Of a DNA stretch of 64,000 nt, positions 26,712 to 40,321 are shown piece by piece. The notes beneath the pieces were generated by a model, which searched no databases, was not told the origin of the DNA, and saw nothing but the letters and a program-made list of their open reading frames with translations. The first letter of the stretch is position 1. Every line of letters starts with the position of its first letter. The translations under genes were made by a program, and so were the position numbers. Source of the stretch: Bigelowiella natans CCMP2755 (lineage: Eukaryota; Protista; Cercozoa); NCBI GenBank assembly GCA_000320545.1, contig ADNK01001328.1:1-64000 (forward strand). Reading direction: 5' to 3'.

Positions 26712-26836
26712 CTCCGAATCCGAATCTCTGGAATTCTCTCCTGGAGATTTCCTAGAGTTTCGAAATTTCCGAGAGTCGAAAGAAATTGATCTCGATAACT
26801 CACCTCTTTTTCGATGTGTTGAGGCTCTGCTTGTGA

Positions 26837-27999
26837 ATGAATCCATTTTCCTCGTTGCAGCCCTGCGTGGCAGTGACAGCTGCTGCAGCCATGATGAAGT
26901 CCCTCATAACAATTCTGAACCGAAGTCGTGGTAAGAGGGATTGTGTTGAAGTAATGCCAGCAGTTCCAGGGGGGGGCGCATTACGAGCAGGCTGCGATCG
27001 TTGCATACACTCGAAGACGCGAAGAGGCAGGGTACATAGCAAAAGAATGTTTGGACCATTATCTCCTTTAATGAAACCGATGGATATTATCCATTTATAT
27101 TTTCCGTCTCGCCTAATAAAATAAGAATCGAATAGAGCGTCAATAGAAGGGCTAGCCAGTTGCGTCCACTGTTCATCCCCCAATAGTTTCTCATATTTTT
27201 GTATTGAGCGTCATCGGATTTCCACCCCCATCTTCATAATGATCAGCCTTGTCCTGAGCATGATCCAGAGGCCATGGCTAAGGTCCCGCCCGCTATGTAT
27301 CTTGAGAAAAGAAAGGATGAGGTTCAAGCACCAATGATGAAACACCGCCTTAGCGACGAACAAATGGTCCAATTCCTAATGCACGGTATATACAACTTCA
27401 TTCTCCCTCGTTTCCATCCTTGATTCTACAATCTTTCCATTGCTCTTCCACGACTTTTTTATAAGAAATAGGAATAAGCACCCTCATCCTTATTCTGCTC
27501 GTAGGGTTCCTTGTGCTTCCTCCGGACCCCTCTCTCCCTGCCTCGCATCACAGGCGTATTTTCGAACACTGTAAGCGGTTGGAACTCCATAAACGTTCTA
27601 ATAACCCCGGCAACAACATACTGGTTAGATGAAATCCTTGTCTTTTTGCCTACTTTTCCCTCCTCGTCACATGCATCATTCATCGAATCTGGAGTCTGCT
27701 ACCTTGTTGACCTACCACTATGCTACCACTGCTACTTCCTATTTGTGTGGACTGCTATTGAATGCAGGCCTTAGTCCCCGGAATTCGTGAGATAATGGAG
27801 AGTGTGACTGTGGACGGTGCCCTGAGTAGTGTATTGGGTGATGGATATCGTGTTCATGGCCATCGATACTGCCATTCTACCCAGCCTGTAATACTTACTG
27901 CTGCTACCTCAGTTATTATATATTATACGTCATCGTCACTATCGTTGCTACCATCATCATCATTATCACCACCATCATCATCATCATTATCATCACCCG

Positions 28000-28038
<39 letters not shown>

Positions 28039-29836
28039 AGAAGTGAAACAAAAAAAAAAGACACTAGCATTGATCAAAACTCCAATATTCGATGTGAAGC
28101 AACCAGTGCTATCTATCATCTCATCTTTCATACTTTGCTCTATGGAATCAACAAGGGATCAGGAGACCAAGTATGGCACAAGGATGCCTATGCTTCCGGG
28201 TAGAAGAGTTACAACTGACTGCTTATCTGTTATCTCCTTCCATCCCTCTCTCTCTCTCTTTTTCTTTCTGTATTTTGTACTATCACTGCACACATATCAA
28301 ATAAATATACTCCATCCCTTCATCGCTCGGGCACATCCTTTGTGTATGCAAAATATACTATAATAATATATAACTTTATTCTCTCCACAGCTATCAACGA
28401 AGGCAGCACAGGCCGCGATGGGCTATGATCATGTACGTGGTGATGATGATGATGATGATGATGATGATAATAGCTAGTCTTGTGAATATTGCACCTATTT
28501 GAACGTATTTTATTCTCCACCTCCACCCTTTTAGCTTTTTCTACTCGTTATTTATCCCAGCTTCCTCCTCCTTTCCTTTTTCGTCGTCTTTCGCCATCCA
28601 AATACCCCCCCCCCACCCTCCCCTCCCTCCCTCCTTGCCCTTAAAAAAGGTATTACCCTCAAGAAGTGACTCTCGATATGGGTCCTACTGGAGTTATCGC
28701 TGGCAGCCAGTATGACGACACACCTGCTGATAATGATGCCTAACAACCACCTTCGTATGAACCAAAAACCTTCATGATGGTGTTCTTTTGAAAGCTAATT
28801 TAGCTTACCAAGTATTAGTGGATGGTTAGTTCGTATCTTCTTGTTTGTGAATCCTCTGTGCTATTTTGTTCAATAGCTATCTCGGCGTTTCTTCGCACCG
28901 CGACTTAATAGCAGCTGCTCGCATGACCAAAGCTCATTGTTCAAAGCAAGGAGGGTTGTCATTAGAGAAGGGGGGGGGGAATAGACGAATCTATCTAAAT
29001 TGCTGTTTTTGCGGTAGTTGATGATGTTAAAATTGTTGTTGATCTTTTACAATCCTCCTGTGATCTCATAAAGAAGAAGAAGAAGAAGAAGAAGAAGAAG
29101 AATACATGTAGTCCTCTATGAAACCAACCAACCAACCATCTTGATAAAGAGCTGATAATGCATGACTATTGGCATTATCGTACAGTGAAGGGGGAGTAGG
29201 ACCCGCTCCAGGGCCTCCTGAAGCCTTTGGCGAAAAAATGAGAGTCTGTGTGAAAGCGGTGGGAGAGCATATGTATAAAAGTGTGTGCGTGTGTGTATGT
29301 GTGCGTATGAATCAAAATTATTAACAACATTGCTTCTTGTCCGCATCTACTCCATATACTCGCAATATAAAACATAATGCCTTTGGAAATATCATAATAA
29401 ACAAGTATAAGCATTGCGGAAGTCGTTGTTATAGCCCCTCCACCTCCTCCTACTCCTCCTCCTTGTGTCAGGGCTCATGTATCTTGATTCATTTTGATAT
29501 TTGGCATCGTGGAACACGAAATATATCCAAAGATAAGGTTTCACTACCACCACAACCACAATAGTATGATTAGTGCTTTCATTCAATACTTTGGTAGTAG
29601 TATCAGCACTACTAATAATGCTACTTCTACTTCTACTCTCGTAAAGCAGCTTGCCAACAAAATGGCATTGCAACTGACTCGATGTAGACTTATTACTAAC
29701 ACCAAAGTAGAAGTTGGAGTAGTAGTTGTACTAGTTACTCGTACTAATAGCAGTAATGGTCATCGTCAGCAAAATCTCACCAATCAGTTTATACCAGTAC
29801 CGAAGTACTTATAAAAGAGTAAACAAACACATTGCC

Positions 29837-29875
<39 letters not shown>

Positions 29876-30586
29876 CGATGAGGACTATCTATGCTTAGCT
29901 GCGGTACATGTTCAAGATGCAAGCTGTGAGAATGAACGAACCGCTACCGGACAATCCATCATGGTGATGTTCAGAGTGCCGAGAGGGGGAGGGGGGGGGA
30001 ATGAAGGGAGGAGGGAATGGAGGCAGGCAGGTGAGAAGAATCGACCACACAATACACACACACACACACACACACACATAACGCACACACATCACACTAA
30101 ATATTTCAGGAATAGCAACTCCTCGTCGCTATCGAAGCTCTGCGTCATTAAGCAGCAGCATCAGCTACAACAACCACAACAACAACAAAAGGCTTCTCTA
30201 CCACGTATTCCTAAGATGGATCCCGTGTGGGAAGCGATGTGGTCTTATCTCAACCAAAAGCAAAGCCAGAGTAGTGGCAGCATGGATGATGATGATGCAG
30301 AGACAATTGCTGGTGCTGCGAAGATGGGGGGTGAGAATGAGCAAGACTGCAAAGCCAATCGAGGGCCTTATGGCGATGCTCTAGATCATCGTCACTTTTG
30401 TCAACTCAAACGTGATTTGTATGAAAGCCTCTACGTTGATAGGTAGTAGGCACTAGATTGGTAGTTGAAGCCCATTATTTGGTGCAGAGTCGCAAGATAT
30501 TGCTGCTATACTAAATTACCATCCCCACGTTGCTGTTGGTTGTTGAAGTTTCTTCAAAAAACGGATCACTTTTCCTTCTCTCTTTC

Positions 30587-30638
<52 letters not shown>

Positions 30639-31650
30639 ACGAGGCATCCTTGCCGTGGAACACACGAATGTGTCGGTGTAGTTGCAAAAGGATCCCCGAA
30701 ATCACACACTACGGCACACCATCTTGAAGGAATAGTCTCCAAAGAGGTGATACATTTACTACTGCTACTACATATTTTAGAGTCCTCGTTTTTCCATAGA
30801 TAGAGCTGGGAGAAGAGGAGATACAGTAGTGTCAAGATCGTCAACATTAGGTGAACAGTTGATGCTGAATAACCTACTTCTTTTCTCTTTCTTAATCGAC
30901 GTCACACCTCGTAGATTCGTGCGATGAACGCTGCATATATCCTTGCAAGAAGCTACGGAAATCGAGGTGCTTCGACTCTGATGTCTGCTGCTCTCTCTCC
31001 TGATCAAGCCCACTGCAGGGCTGCAGGTGCAATATAATATAATAATATTATATATGTGTATAATAGCATGAATAATATTTTGTGATATCTCATTGAATCA
31101 ATACCGCCGTTCTATTCTTTTCATTTCTGTTAAATATGTGTATGTGTGTGTGGGTGTGGGTGTGTTCCTACGATGATTTTATTCGTTCATTTCCTAGCTG
31201 CTGCTTCTCGAAGGTCTGCTGTTGCTCTCGCGTCACTGCACAGTCAGCAAGATACCGTCTTGGAGCTCGGCCTCATTACACGACTAGCAAAGGCGATTTG
31301 TGGGGAGGGCCAGTCTCTAGGGATTTCAACACGGGCAAAAGATCATCATAATCAGCATCAAGAAGCATCATCAGCTCCTCCCTCTTCATCATCGCCCTGT
31401 GTTCAAACCACCTCAGTAGCTGGGGCACGTGAAACAGCGTGTTTCATTGCAGGTGAGTGGGCTTCGATCTATGCATCGCTGCTAAGATCATCATCATCAT
31501 CATCATTATCGGCAAGGAAGAGTACAAACGATGATCATCAAGGAAAGGAGAAGCCAACAGAGGGAGAGCAGGACGAGAAGAATCGTCGTCGTCTAGTAGA
31601 TGATGTAAGATTTAATAAACGTCAAATGAAACTTGTGTGTATGTGTGTAT

Positions 31651-31691
<41 letters not shown>

Positions 31692-32711
31692 ATGTACGCG
31701 TATCCTTTATTCATAAATACTGACAATTGAGCCTCGTTCCTGAGGATGGATGTGAGAGTTTCCTGTCTATCTCGAATATCTTACATATACTACATATTAT
31801 TCATAATATTATATATATTTGTCTGCGAGTGTGATTTCAATCTTAAATCGATGATATGTGTTAATGTAGATAATCGGTGCTCTGGCATCTGCATTGAGCA
31901 AGCGTGATGAGTGCAGCCTGGTTCGGATTGCAGCAGCAGAGGCCTTGGGATCCATTGGAAATATGCTGGCTATATCATTCTGCAGGTCCAGCTGTAGGAG
32001 CCATAAGGAAGAACAGAAGGAACATAAGGAGTGTGCGCTGCCAGACAACAACGATAGCTACTCATCCGACTTAGCTGCAAAACTAATTATCCGAAGAATA
32101 GAAAGATGTCTGGGTGACGTGATTCGTACAGAGATGGTGAACGAGTCACCTCCTCCCCCTCTTCCTCCTTCCTCTTCTTCTTCTTCCTCTTCATCATCTT
32201 CAGCAGGAGGAGGGACAATGTGCCCGCAGCTTCTTCAGTTTGCAGTAGGGTCTCTTGCGAGGTATTAATAATAATAAGATGCTATGAGTTGCTGGGTTTT
32301 CATTTACATGAATAAAAAGGGGAAAGAAGACAAGGAAAAGGAAAATTGAGATGTCCCGAGAAGTAGGAGGAAGAATAATATATGCAATCATCTTCTTCAC
32401 TCTTGTGATCTCTCCCCTTCCTCTCCCCCCCTGTGTACTGCGTCATGTTCTGTTTTATGTACAAGACATTCCCGGCTGTAAATCGTCAGCCCCCTCAATA
32501 GATGACACTACTAATACTTTGTTTGTTTATGCACAAGGCTCGGTAAGCAGGCTATCGGTTCCGTGGAGTTACTAGCTGCAGTTGCTGCGACATCGTCCGA
32601 TCGATACGCACGCAATACTGCTCTAGAAGCGCTCAAACGACTTGGAGAAACAGAGAGACTTGTACGATCATGCACATGCGATTATTATTACTATTCTATA
32701 ATCTCTCTCTC

Positions 32712-32776
<65 letters not shown>

Positions 32777-32800
32777 ATACAAACAAATTTATTCATCAAA

Positions 32801-32831
<31 letters not shown>

Positions 32832-32994
32832 GCTTCCCCAAGTTGTTTGTGTGTGTGTGTGTGTGTGGTGTATGGGAGCAGCAATCATGTTTGTAAAGCA
32901 AACCATCATGAAGAATTTCGTACTACTTGTGTAGGCATCTCAATTGATGTGGGAAAGATTTTGCCCTCTCACGGCAGTGGACAATGCTTATTGA
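26837..32994 (+). CDS. PhyH-family Fe(II)/2-oxoglutarate dioxygenase fused to C-terminal HEAT (PBS-lyase-like) repeats; start uncertain
   Basis: Spliced: LSDEQMVQFLMH|GFLVL...NPGNNIL|ALVPGIREIM...GALSSVLGDGYRVHGHRYCH|GSGDQVWHKD (HxD, ~28175)|RPRWAMIM|YYPQEVTLDMGPTGVIAGS|...IHFDIWHRGTRN (distal His, ~29505)|LRYMFKMQAVRMNEP. HEAT motifs VRIAAAEALGSIG and DRYARNTALEALKRLG; ends RFCPLTAVDNAY* at 32994. Confidence 0.88.
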
Positions 32995-33199
32995 ATACAG
33001 CAGTACGACGAGCAAAATAGATTATTGTAAGAGATAATAAAAGGCCATGAGTCCTATTATCGTATCTAGAATCATCGAGATGCTGCCGTCCTGTCCCGTT
33101 GATGTCACCAATATGTTTATGCTTATATGCTATATGCTATATATGATGATTGGATATGCAAGTCTCGAGCCAACACGTAATGATAGACATGTAATATGT

Positions 33200-33238
<39 letters not shown>

Positions 33239-33279
33239 TATTGCTGTGTCTATTATCGTACTCGGAGGCAAGCTACAGT

Positions 33280-33760
33280 GCCCATGCCCCGGCTAGCGTT
33301 CATAGCCCAGATTTATACAGCAGCTATCTAGCTATATTAACAAAGATAAGGCGTACGAATGGAGTGTAGAATGGAGCGTGCAATTCGTTGTGCAAGTGCA
33401 ATGCTACGTTAGTGGCATTGCTTTCAATGCCACGTTTTATCTACAAACGCAATGCAGTGCAAGTCTTGTTGGCTATTCGTGCGTGCGCATATATGGACCT
33501 CAGCCGTACTGCTAATGGGATGTTCGTACTAAAGCCGTCAGGTACAGACAACATTGCACTGCAGTAGAGAGCATACTACGCACGTAGAACTGCCATAACT
33601 CACGTAGCCTAGTACCTCATCTCACACCTGCTAATTCAATGCTAGCCCGATGACGCAGCGTCCCCGATGTGGACGAAGCAAGACTAATGGCCTTGTACAC
33701 GCTGTAGATTGTGTCTATTATAGCGCGCTGGCAGTTTATTATTAGATCGAGATGAAACGG
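33280..33760. other. Palindromic-word-rich tract at convergent junction 3 (PhyH-HEAT / THOC6)
   Basis: Many CTAG, TGCA, GTAC, ACGT, GCGC words; no ORF, no long microsatellite. Confidence 0.6.
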
Positions 33761-33960
33761 GGGAAGCTTTTAAGTTCACACTCAAACCATGCAAAGTGTC
33801 TAGAGTGTGATTATAGAGGACGCAAACTTTCTATCTCATACAATATCAGCAAATAATATGCTCTTGGATCGTGAATAAGTCCACTTGCGCGCTGCACGTA
33901 CATAGCTTAAGAATCTAATTGTTGTATTCAAAATGAAACTTTCCACGATAGATACATGGA

Positions 33961-35226
33961 TTAGAAAGTCCATGAATTTGACGCCACGCTCTTGGTAAGA
34001 TACAGATCGATCGAGTTCAAGCCAGTCGCTACAAATTGCTGCTTCGATGAGCTACTTGTCTTGTTCGCAGCAGCCAATGAGAATACTGACTTGGACTTGC
34101 AGCCAACTTTACCTATCATTTCCCCGGACATGCTCCAGTGGAACACAAAGCTTTCGTTCCCTGTCAAGAAATCATAAAAAAATAACAGCATAAAAAGGGG
34201 TGATTCCAATCAATTTTAAATGCACCCTACCCAGGCGTTCATGCCCCCCTCCCCTCATTCTCCGTCTGGTTTTTTTCTATTAACTATTTCCCCCTCCTCT
34301 CTCTTATTTACACCCCCTCCTCCCCCCCTTCACCACAACCAACCTGCAGAGACGACTGTGTCATTGTAGAACATAACGGCCTGTGGTGTGCCTGCTGTGG
34401 GCATGGTGCAAGTAACCCTCCTCGATCCTATATGCCATAGTGCGACGAAGGAGTCTCCGCCACCGCTCGCCATCCAGTTACCACTAAGATCACTTGCAAG
34501 GCATCCAATCCATGCCGCCCTTTTGGTATCTCCTCCTCCTCCTCCTCCTCCTCCCCCTCCTTTACTAGATACGCCGCTATGATTATTTTTTACCATCTCC
34601 TTCCCGGTAAGAGGGTTTAAAACGAAGGCCTCTTTATGGGTCCGCACGTCCCAACCTCTGACAGTGCCATCTTCAGAACCAGAGCATAGCAGCGATGATC
34701 CCGCTGATGCTGGGGCTGTTGTCACGCAATAAACAGTGTCTTCATGGCCTGATAGCGTGCAAACGCATTTCTGCGTAGATAGGTCCCACCCGTAGACATT
34801 ACCGTCTCCACTGGCTGCGTACATTGTTCCGTCTCTTGTACTTACAAGGCCATTCGTTTCTGCAACCGGACTAGTGAATTGTCGAGTGCCCTTTTTCTGC
34901 GGGTTCCTGAGAATGCATAAGGGCTTGTGGGGGGATGGTGATGACGACGAGTTCCCACCCTGAATGACTGCCTTCAGGTTCCAAAGGCGAATCTCCTCGT
35001 CTCCTCCAGTAGCCAAGAGCTCTGGCTTTCCCTTCTCATCAGGAAAGCTAATGGCATATATGGGTCCTCCTGGATGTGCCCCTTTAATTCTGTAGCCTGA
35101 CTGAGAGTTCGCGGCCTTTTGCGCCTTGTGAGTTGGCCAGACGGCAATGTCTCCTTCGGTGTTGCCACACACCAAAGCTCCAGAAGGGCCAAACGCTGAC
35201 GAAAGTACTCCTCCTGAGCCACTCAT
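33961..35226 (-). CDS. THOC6: WD40 protein, THO complex subunit 6-like; join(33961..34160,34344..35226)
   Basis: WD repeats plus THOC6-type PVAETNGL...YAASGDGNVYGWDL...GHEDTVYCV...SGSEDGTVRGWDVRT...WIGCLA...WMASGGG. Confidence 0.8.
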
Positions 35227-35679
35227 CGGTCAACTTCGAGCTTCACTGCCTACACAAATACGAGCTATGTATCTTTCCGTGAAAGGGAAGGGGGGACGCT
35301 GTTGTTGTTGTTGTTGTTGTTGTTGTGGTTGTTGTGGTTGTTGTTGTAGGTATACTTCGTCCTTCCGAATATTATGTGAAATTTTCTACCTCAAAATATC
35401 AGTCTTTTCCTACTCCAGGTTCGTACAGATTCACGAGCAGTTGATGATGAGTGGATAATCCGACCTCGAACCACCAGCGAAATATATCGGATAATGTGCG
35501 AAAACGGCGTGATAAAAGAAATGGAATACATTTTTGTAGAGGAAGTTTCCCGTAAAAAAAACATAGATGTTGTTATAAAGTAATATAACAAGAACAACAA
35601 CGGCCGAACGAGTAGTACAAGGAGGAGGAGGAGGACCTCATCATTATTTCTCACACCACGAGCAAGCAGCTGCGGTGAT

Positions 35680-36295
35680 ATGGCGGAGGAGGACCACAAT
35701 GGCAACGTCGTCTACCGATCTCACGAGTCCCAAAGCGTGGCGGACAGCAACCTCCTCGCTCTGGTTGGTACGAGTGACGATTTCTGAACACATCTTCCCT
35801 GAAACCTTCTTTCCTCTGTGGATACCTCCTCATAATTAGGATAGCGATGCATGGGACGATACGTCCTTGATCGAAGCCTGGGAATCGCAAGTTGAAGACT
35901 ATATAAAGGTTCGTTCTTGAGTTGCTAAATACCCCCCATCGGGAGCTCAATTTAATCAGACAATGTGCAAACTCACGATTTTTTCCCTTACTGTGTGCGG
36001 AAAGACACGAGGAGGGCGCCTGGAAACAGCGAGGGCAAATACAAAAAAGAAAAAGAAGCAGCAAAAAAAGAAGAAGAATGCACACGACAAGCAGAAAGCT
36101 AAAAGCCCATATCTTCCCGCCTCGTCAACAAAAGAGGGTAGGGGGGCCGTAATCGTGGAGCAGCAGAAAAAGAAGAAGCCGTATGAATATGAGGACAACA
36201 GCTCTCTCCACCCCAGGCCGAAAACCAAGTCCGGTGATGACCAAAGGGAAAGGGAAGGAGAGCCTCCTAATCGGTATGAGAGTGCACTTTGCGGC

Positions 36296-36328
<33 letters not shown>

Positions 36329-37656
36329 AATGATGTAGTGACCCCTACCTCCTTGGCAATATCGTTGTGATCATGGTGCTTATTCAAACAGCAAACTCAA
36401 CTTCCAGTCTGCAGCCGCAGCTCCAGCTGCTGCAGCTGCTGCTGCTGCATATGGATACTACCAAGAAGCTTCCTCGAAGAAGAATGCTAGGCAGGAGGCT
36501 CAAGCTGCTGCTACTGCCTCTGCCACGAACGAGTATATATGCATGGTCCGTACCTACCAACACATCTAAATTTAAGCTTCTATCCAGTGATAAATATGTA
36601 ACCCTTCTTCGTTGTTTCTACGTGATGTATTTCAACGACCGCAGATGGAGTTTATAGCGTCCTCGGCTACAGAGCTCAATGTTAGGAAAGGAACAAGGGT
36701 GTATATACGATCCTTGCAGAACGGTTGGGGCTATGCGTCTCTCTTGTCGTCCTCAGGTGAAACCGGTTGGGTCGATATGAGGTGCTTTCAACCTGCGACT
36801 TCTGCTGCCACGCTTGATGGTGGGACACAGTTTCCTCCGAATCATCATGAATTCATCAATCCCCCCGCAGTTGGATTCGATGGGATGAGGAGCAGAGATT
36901 CAAAGAGAGCGGCGGCAAGAGCACAACCACCACCATCATCACCACCACCACTATCCAGGTAGTTTCAAAACTCAGCGTCCAAAGCTGGTACTTTCTTTAC
37001 ATACGGCAGCAGCCGTAGCAGAATAAATACACGCACGCACACCACACACACACAAACACCCATAGAGAGAGGGGGGGGGGGAGAGAGAGAGAGAGAGAGA
37101 GGCGTACACACACATTTCGCCACGCACCACAGCCACCAAGTGCCCTCCGCCGGAATCGGATATAGAGGAGGAGGAAGAGCAGGGAAAAGTTGGGAGCGGA
37201 AAATAGCCGCATCATCATCATCGTCATATCCGGGCAGTTATTATCCTGGCAGCCCACCACCAACATCATCATCCTCGCAGCACCAAGCTTCCCGCCAGGG
37301 ATATCCCTATCCCGCACCTCCACCCCCACCCCCATCCCATCATCAACCTTATTATTCCTTTTATCCTGGTGGGCAACACTATGGATCGCACTATTATTCG
37401 GGTCACGAATCTCAGCCATCAATGCAGCAGTCGCCACCGCATGGCGCACAGCCTCCGATGACTGCGGGGCTGCAGGATGAGGCTCTCGCAAAGCTTCTCG
37501 TCGCATGGTAAGATGATAATTGTCACAGTGTTTATTGTCATCGAAAGAAATCTGAGGACATAGTCGAGCCTGAACCAATACATGCAACTTAGGTACTACA
37601 GTGGGTACCATACTGGCCGCTACAAAGCTATGAAAGAAATTTACGGCTGGCCGTGA
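35680..37656 (+). CDS. SMN: Survival motor neuron (SMN) homologue with a central SH3-like domain
   Basis: N-terminal Gemin2-binding motif DSDAWDDTSLIEAW (35840-), Lys-rich segment, Pro/Tyr-rich region and C-terminal YG box DEALAKLLVAW|YYSGYHTGRY; stop at 37654-37656. Confidence 0.9.
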
Positions 37657-37759
37657 TTTACATTGAATAAGGATCTATCCGTAGCTTTTAGGACTTAGAT
37701 AATCCTAGAATAATGAGGATACATATCTAGATATAAGAATGCATTTTCATCGATCTCCA

Positions 37760-38170
37760 TGTGCATATATATATAATGAGCTGTATGCTGTGGACACGTA
37801 GCTACGATGCGGTGCTTCAGACGATGGCACAACTAATTCTACGTATGTACACACGCATGTACTAGATGTAACTGCATATGCATGCATGCGCATCGTGTAC
37901 TATCCCTAGCGCGGCGAAAAAAATTTATAAATGCAATGGCCAGACCAAATAGCAGGTATGCAACAATATCTTAGTGGTCTTGATGAACTTAATATGTGCA
38001 CGTGCGGCTCTAGCTATACCGCGAGTGCGGGGCTTACTAATATGCAGCCTCACTAGACCTATTTAGCTATGCTAGTGGGAGTAACTTAACTCTATTTTTT
38101 CCCTGGAAAACTGACTCGCATGCACTCATTATATATTGCTATTTAGCTGAGGAAACTATGCTAGAAGTAT
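37760..38170. other. Palindromic-word-rich tract at convergent junction 4 (SMN / SDR)
   Basis: TGCATATGCATGCATGCGCA, TGTGCACGTGC, TACGTA and repeated CTAG/AGCT. Confidence 0.65.
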
Positions 38171-38199
38171 ATTCTTATGCCGCACTGTATCAACTTCAC

Positions 38200-40321
38200 T
38201 TAACTTTTGTTTTAATCCAACCATCCATGCCATGTCTTCCTCCAGCTGAAAAAATCAGTACAAAAATCAGGATGGATATGCCGAAATAAAGTGACTGAAT
38301 TTACTCCTTTAGAAACTAGGTGTGATGTCATATAAGTTCTGTAGAAGCACCTATTTCTGTGATGTAATCCGTAAGAGAGGTCGGCAAAATAGATAACAGG
38401 ACCAGACACCTTCAATCACATTCAACATCTAATATAACTCGCACAGAAAAGAGATCGGACAATAGATGTACATACATATTTTTGCTCAATTACCAATGCA
38501 CTTGGAGCGGCATCGTTTCCTCATGATGCACACCTGGTCCCTGCATTTATCAATTGTTGCAAGGCTTTATTTAGAGACACCACAGGCAACCGCTTTTCTA
38601 TTTTTACTTGTTCTTCTTCCCAACCATAAAATACAACATAGGCTTCAACCATCCTCCACCTATGCTAAGTCTTAATACTGACACGATGGACGTAAACTAC
38701 CGCCCTCCCCTCCCCCCCCCCCCCTCCCCTAATTATCTATACGCTACTATAATGTACATATGTATGTGCGTTATGATTTAGCTCGCATAACCGCGGACGC
38801 CATGCTGACGATTCTGTTGGCAACAACTTCAGCTTTCAACCCGGGAAATACCCACCGAACCGGCCACCAAAATGTCACCTTCATCGAATGCATTTATCTT
38901 TTAATATGTGTATGCTGAAGCTTAGAAGAACAAGTGCAAGATGATAAATGACCTACAAACGCAAATGGGCCTGTAATCGGAAACGTTTTAATTGTTTTTT
39001 TCCCTTACTAGTCACCCAATCACTCTATCTCTATCTATTCCCATTCTTTTACATTCCGAGCACTTTTTTTGTGAAATTTGAATCTAAGAAATGCTTTGGT
39101 TACCCCATTGAACATTCTTGTATTCACATGCCATGGCCTAGGAAGAATATATCATACGCTCAGACATATTACATATGTATATACTGTGGGATTCGTTGAA
39201 TAGTGTCATAGTGATTTGGTTTCGGATACTACATGAGTAATGAAATAGCCACTTTGGAGTTCGCTCGTCGGAGCTCTAAACATTATCCAAATGACAACAA
39301 TACGGAGAATGGTTCGACTAACGACGAATAGATTATATCGATGAAGCTACTACGGCAAGGATTAGTTTTCCTGAGAAAAACAGCTACGCTATACATCTAC
39401 TACCAAGCCTTAACGAATTGTTCGCATGAATCAGAGCTGCCTGTGGGACACAATATATCAATATATATATATATATATATATATATAATTCATACATATC
39501 GAACCAAGTGTTTCCCTCAATTCTCTCTCACTCATCAACCCTCTACTTCCTACCTTGGACGCGCAGTAAGCTGAAAGGCGGCATGCGTACGATCTACAGG
39601 GTAGTCTGCGTCAATCTATCTCATACTATGAGTGCAAATCATTCGACTCACATGACCACAGTCTCGCTTCCGCAATAGCACCAAAAAATACACAAAGGAG
39701 AGCTGTACAGTGTTACCTTCCCGCGGACGACGCTACGTTCACTATGCGACCCTGATCACGTTTGATCATATCTTTGAGGAAAACCTGACAAAATTTGAAA
39801 GTCATGGCAATCCGAATCAGATTTACATGACATAGCGTGATTGCTGCCTTTATCATGTAGAGCGGCCCAAGTGCGTTGATTCCCAATGTTTTCGCCAGGT
39901 CTTCATTGCTCCAGTCGATTAGATTCTTTCCCTCTCCAACAACTCCAGCATTATTGATGAGAACATCGATCCCTTGTGGAAACTCAGCTTTAACCTTGGC
40001 CGCCATTGAAGATACAGCCTTCACATCCGAGACGTCGCACAAGTAGGAAGACGCAACTCCGCCTTTCTTGGTGATTTCATTTGAGACGCGTTTGAGTCCC
40101 AGTGCTGATACGTCCAGCATGACAACGTGCGCTCCATGGTTTGCGAGCTTCTTTGCCACTACTTCTCCGATTCCTGAAGCAGAGCCCGTTATGATGACGA
40201 CTTTGCCCTTGAGTCTCTCTGGGTAAACCGTCCCGGACAGGAACTTGTCCGAAGTAATCACCACTAGCACGACGATTGCCACACAGCAGACGAGGAGGGG
40301 GAGAAGCAAAATGAAAGTCAT
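38200..40321 (-). CDS. Short-chain dehydrogenase/reductase with N-terminal membrane anchor (RDH10/17-beta-HSD11-like)
   Basis: Hydrophobic N-terminus, TGSASGIG Rossmann motif, DVLINNAGV, IVNVASSAG, and catalytic YCASK in an exon at ~39555-39595. Confidence 0.92.

Noticed and set aside
26800-27292. Minus-strand frame with an in-frame TGA at 27211-27213, suggesting selenocysteine or readthrough
   Set aside because: The + strand here carries the spliced 5' exons of the PhyH-HEAT gene, and the minus frame has no recognisable homology.
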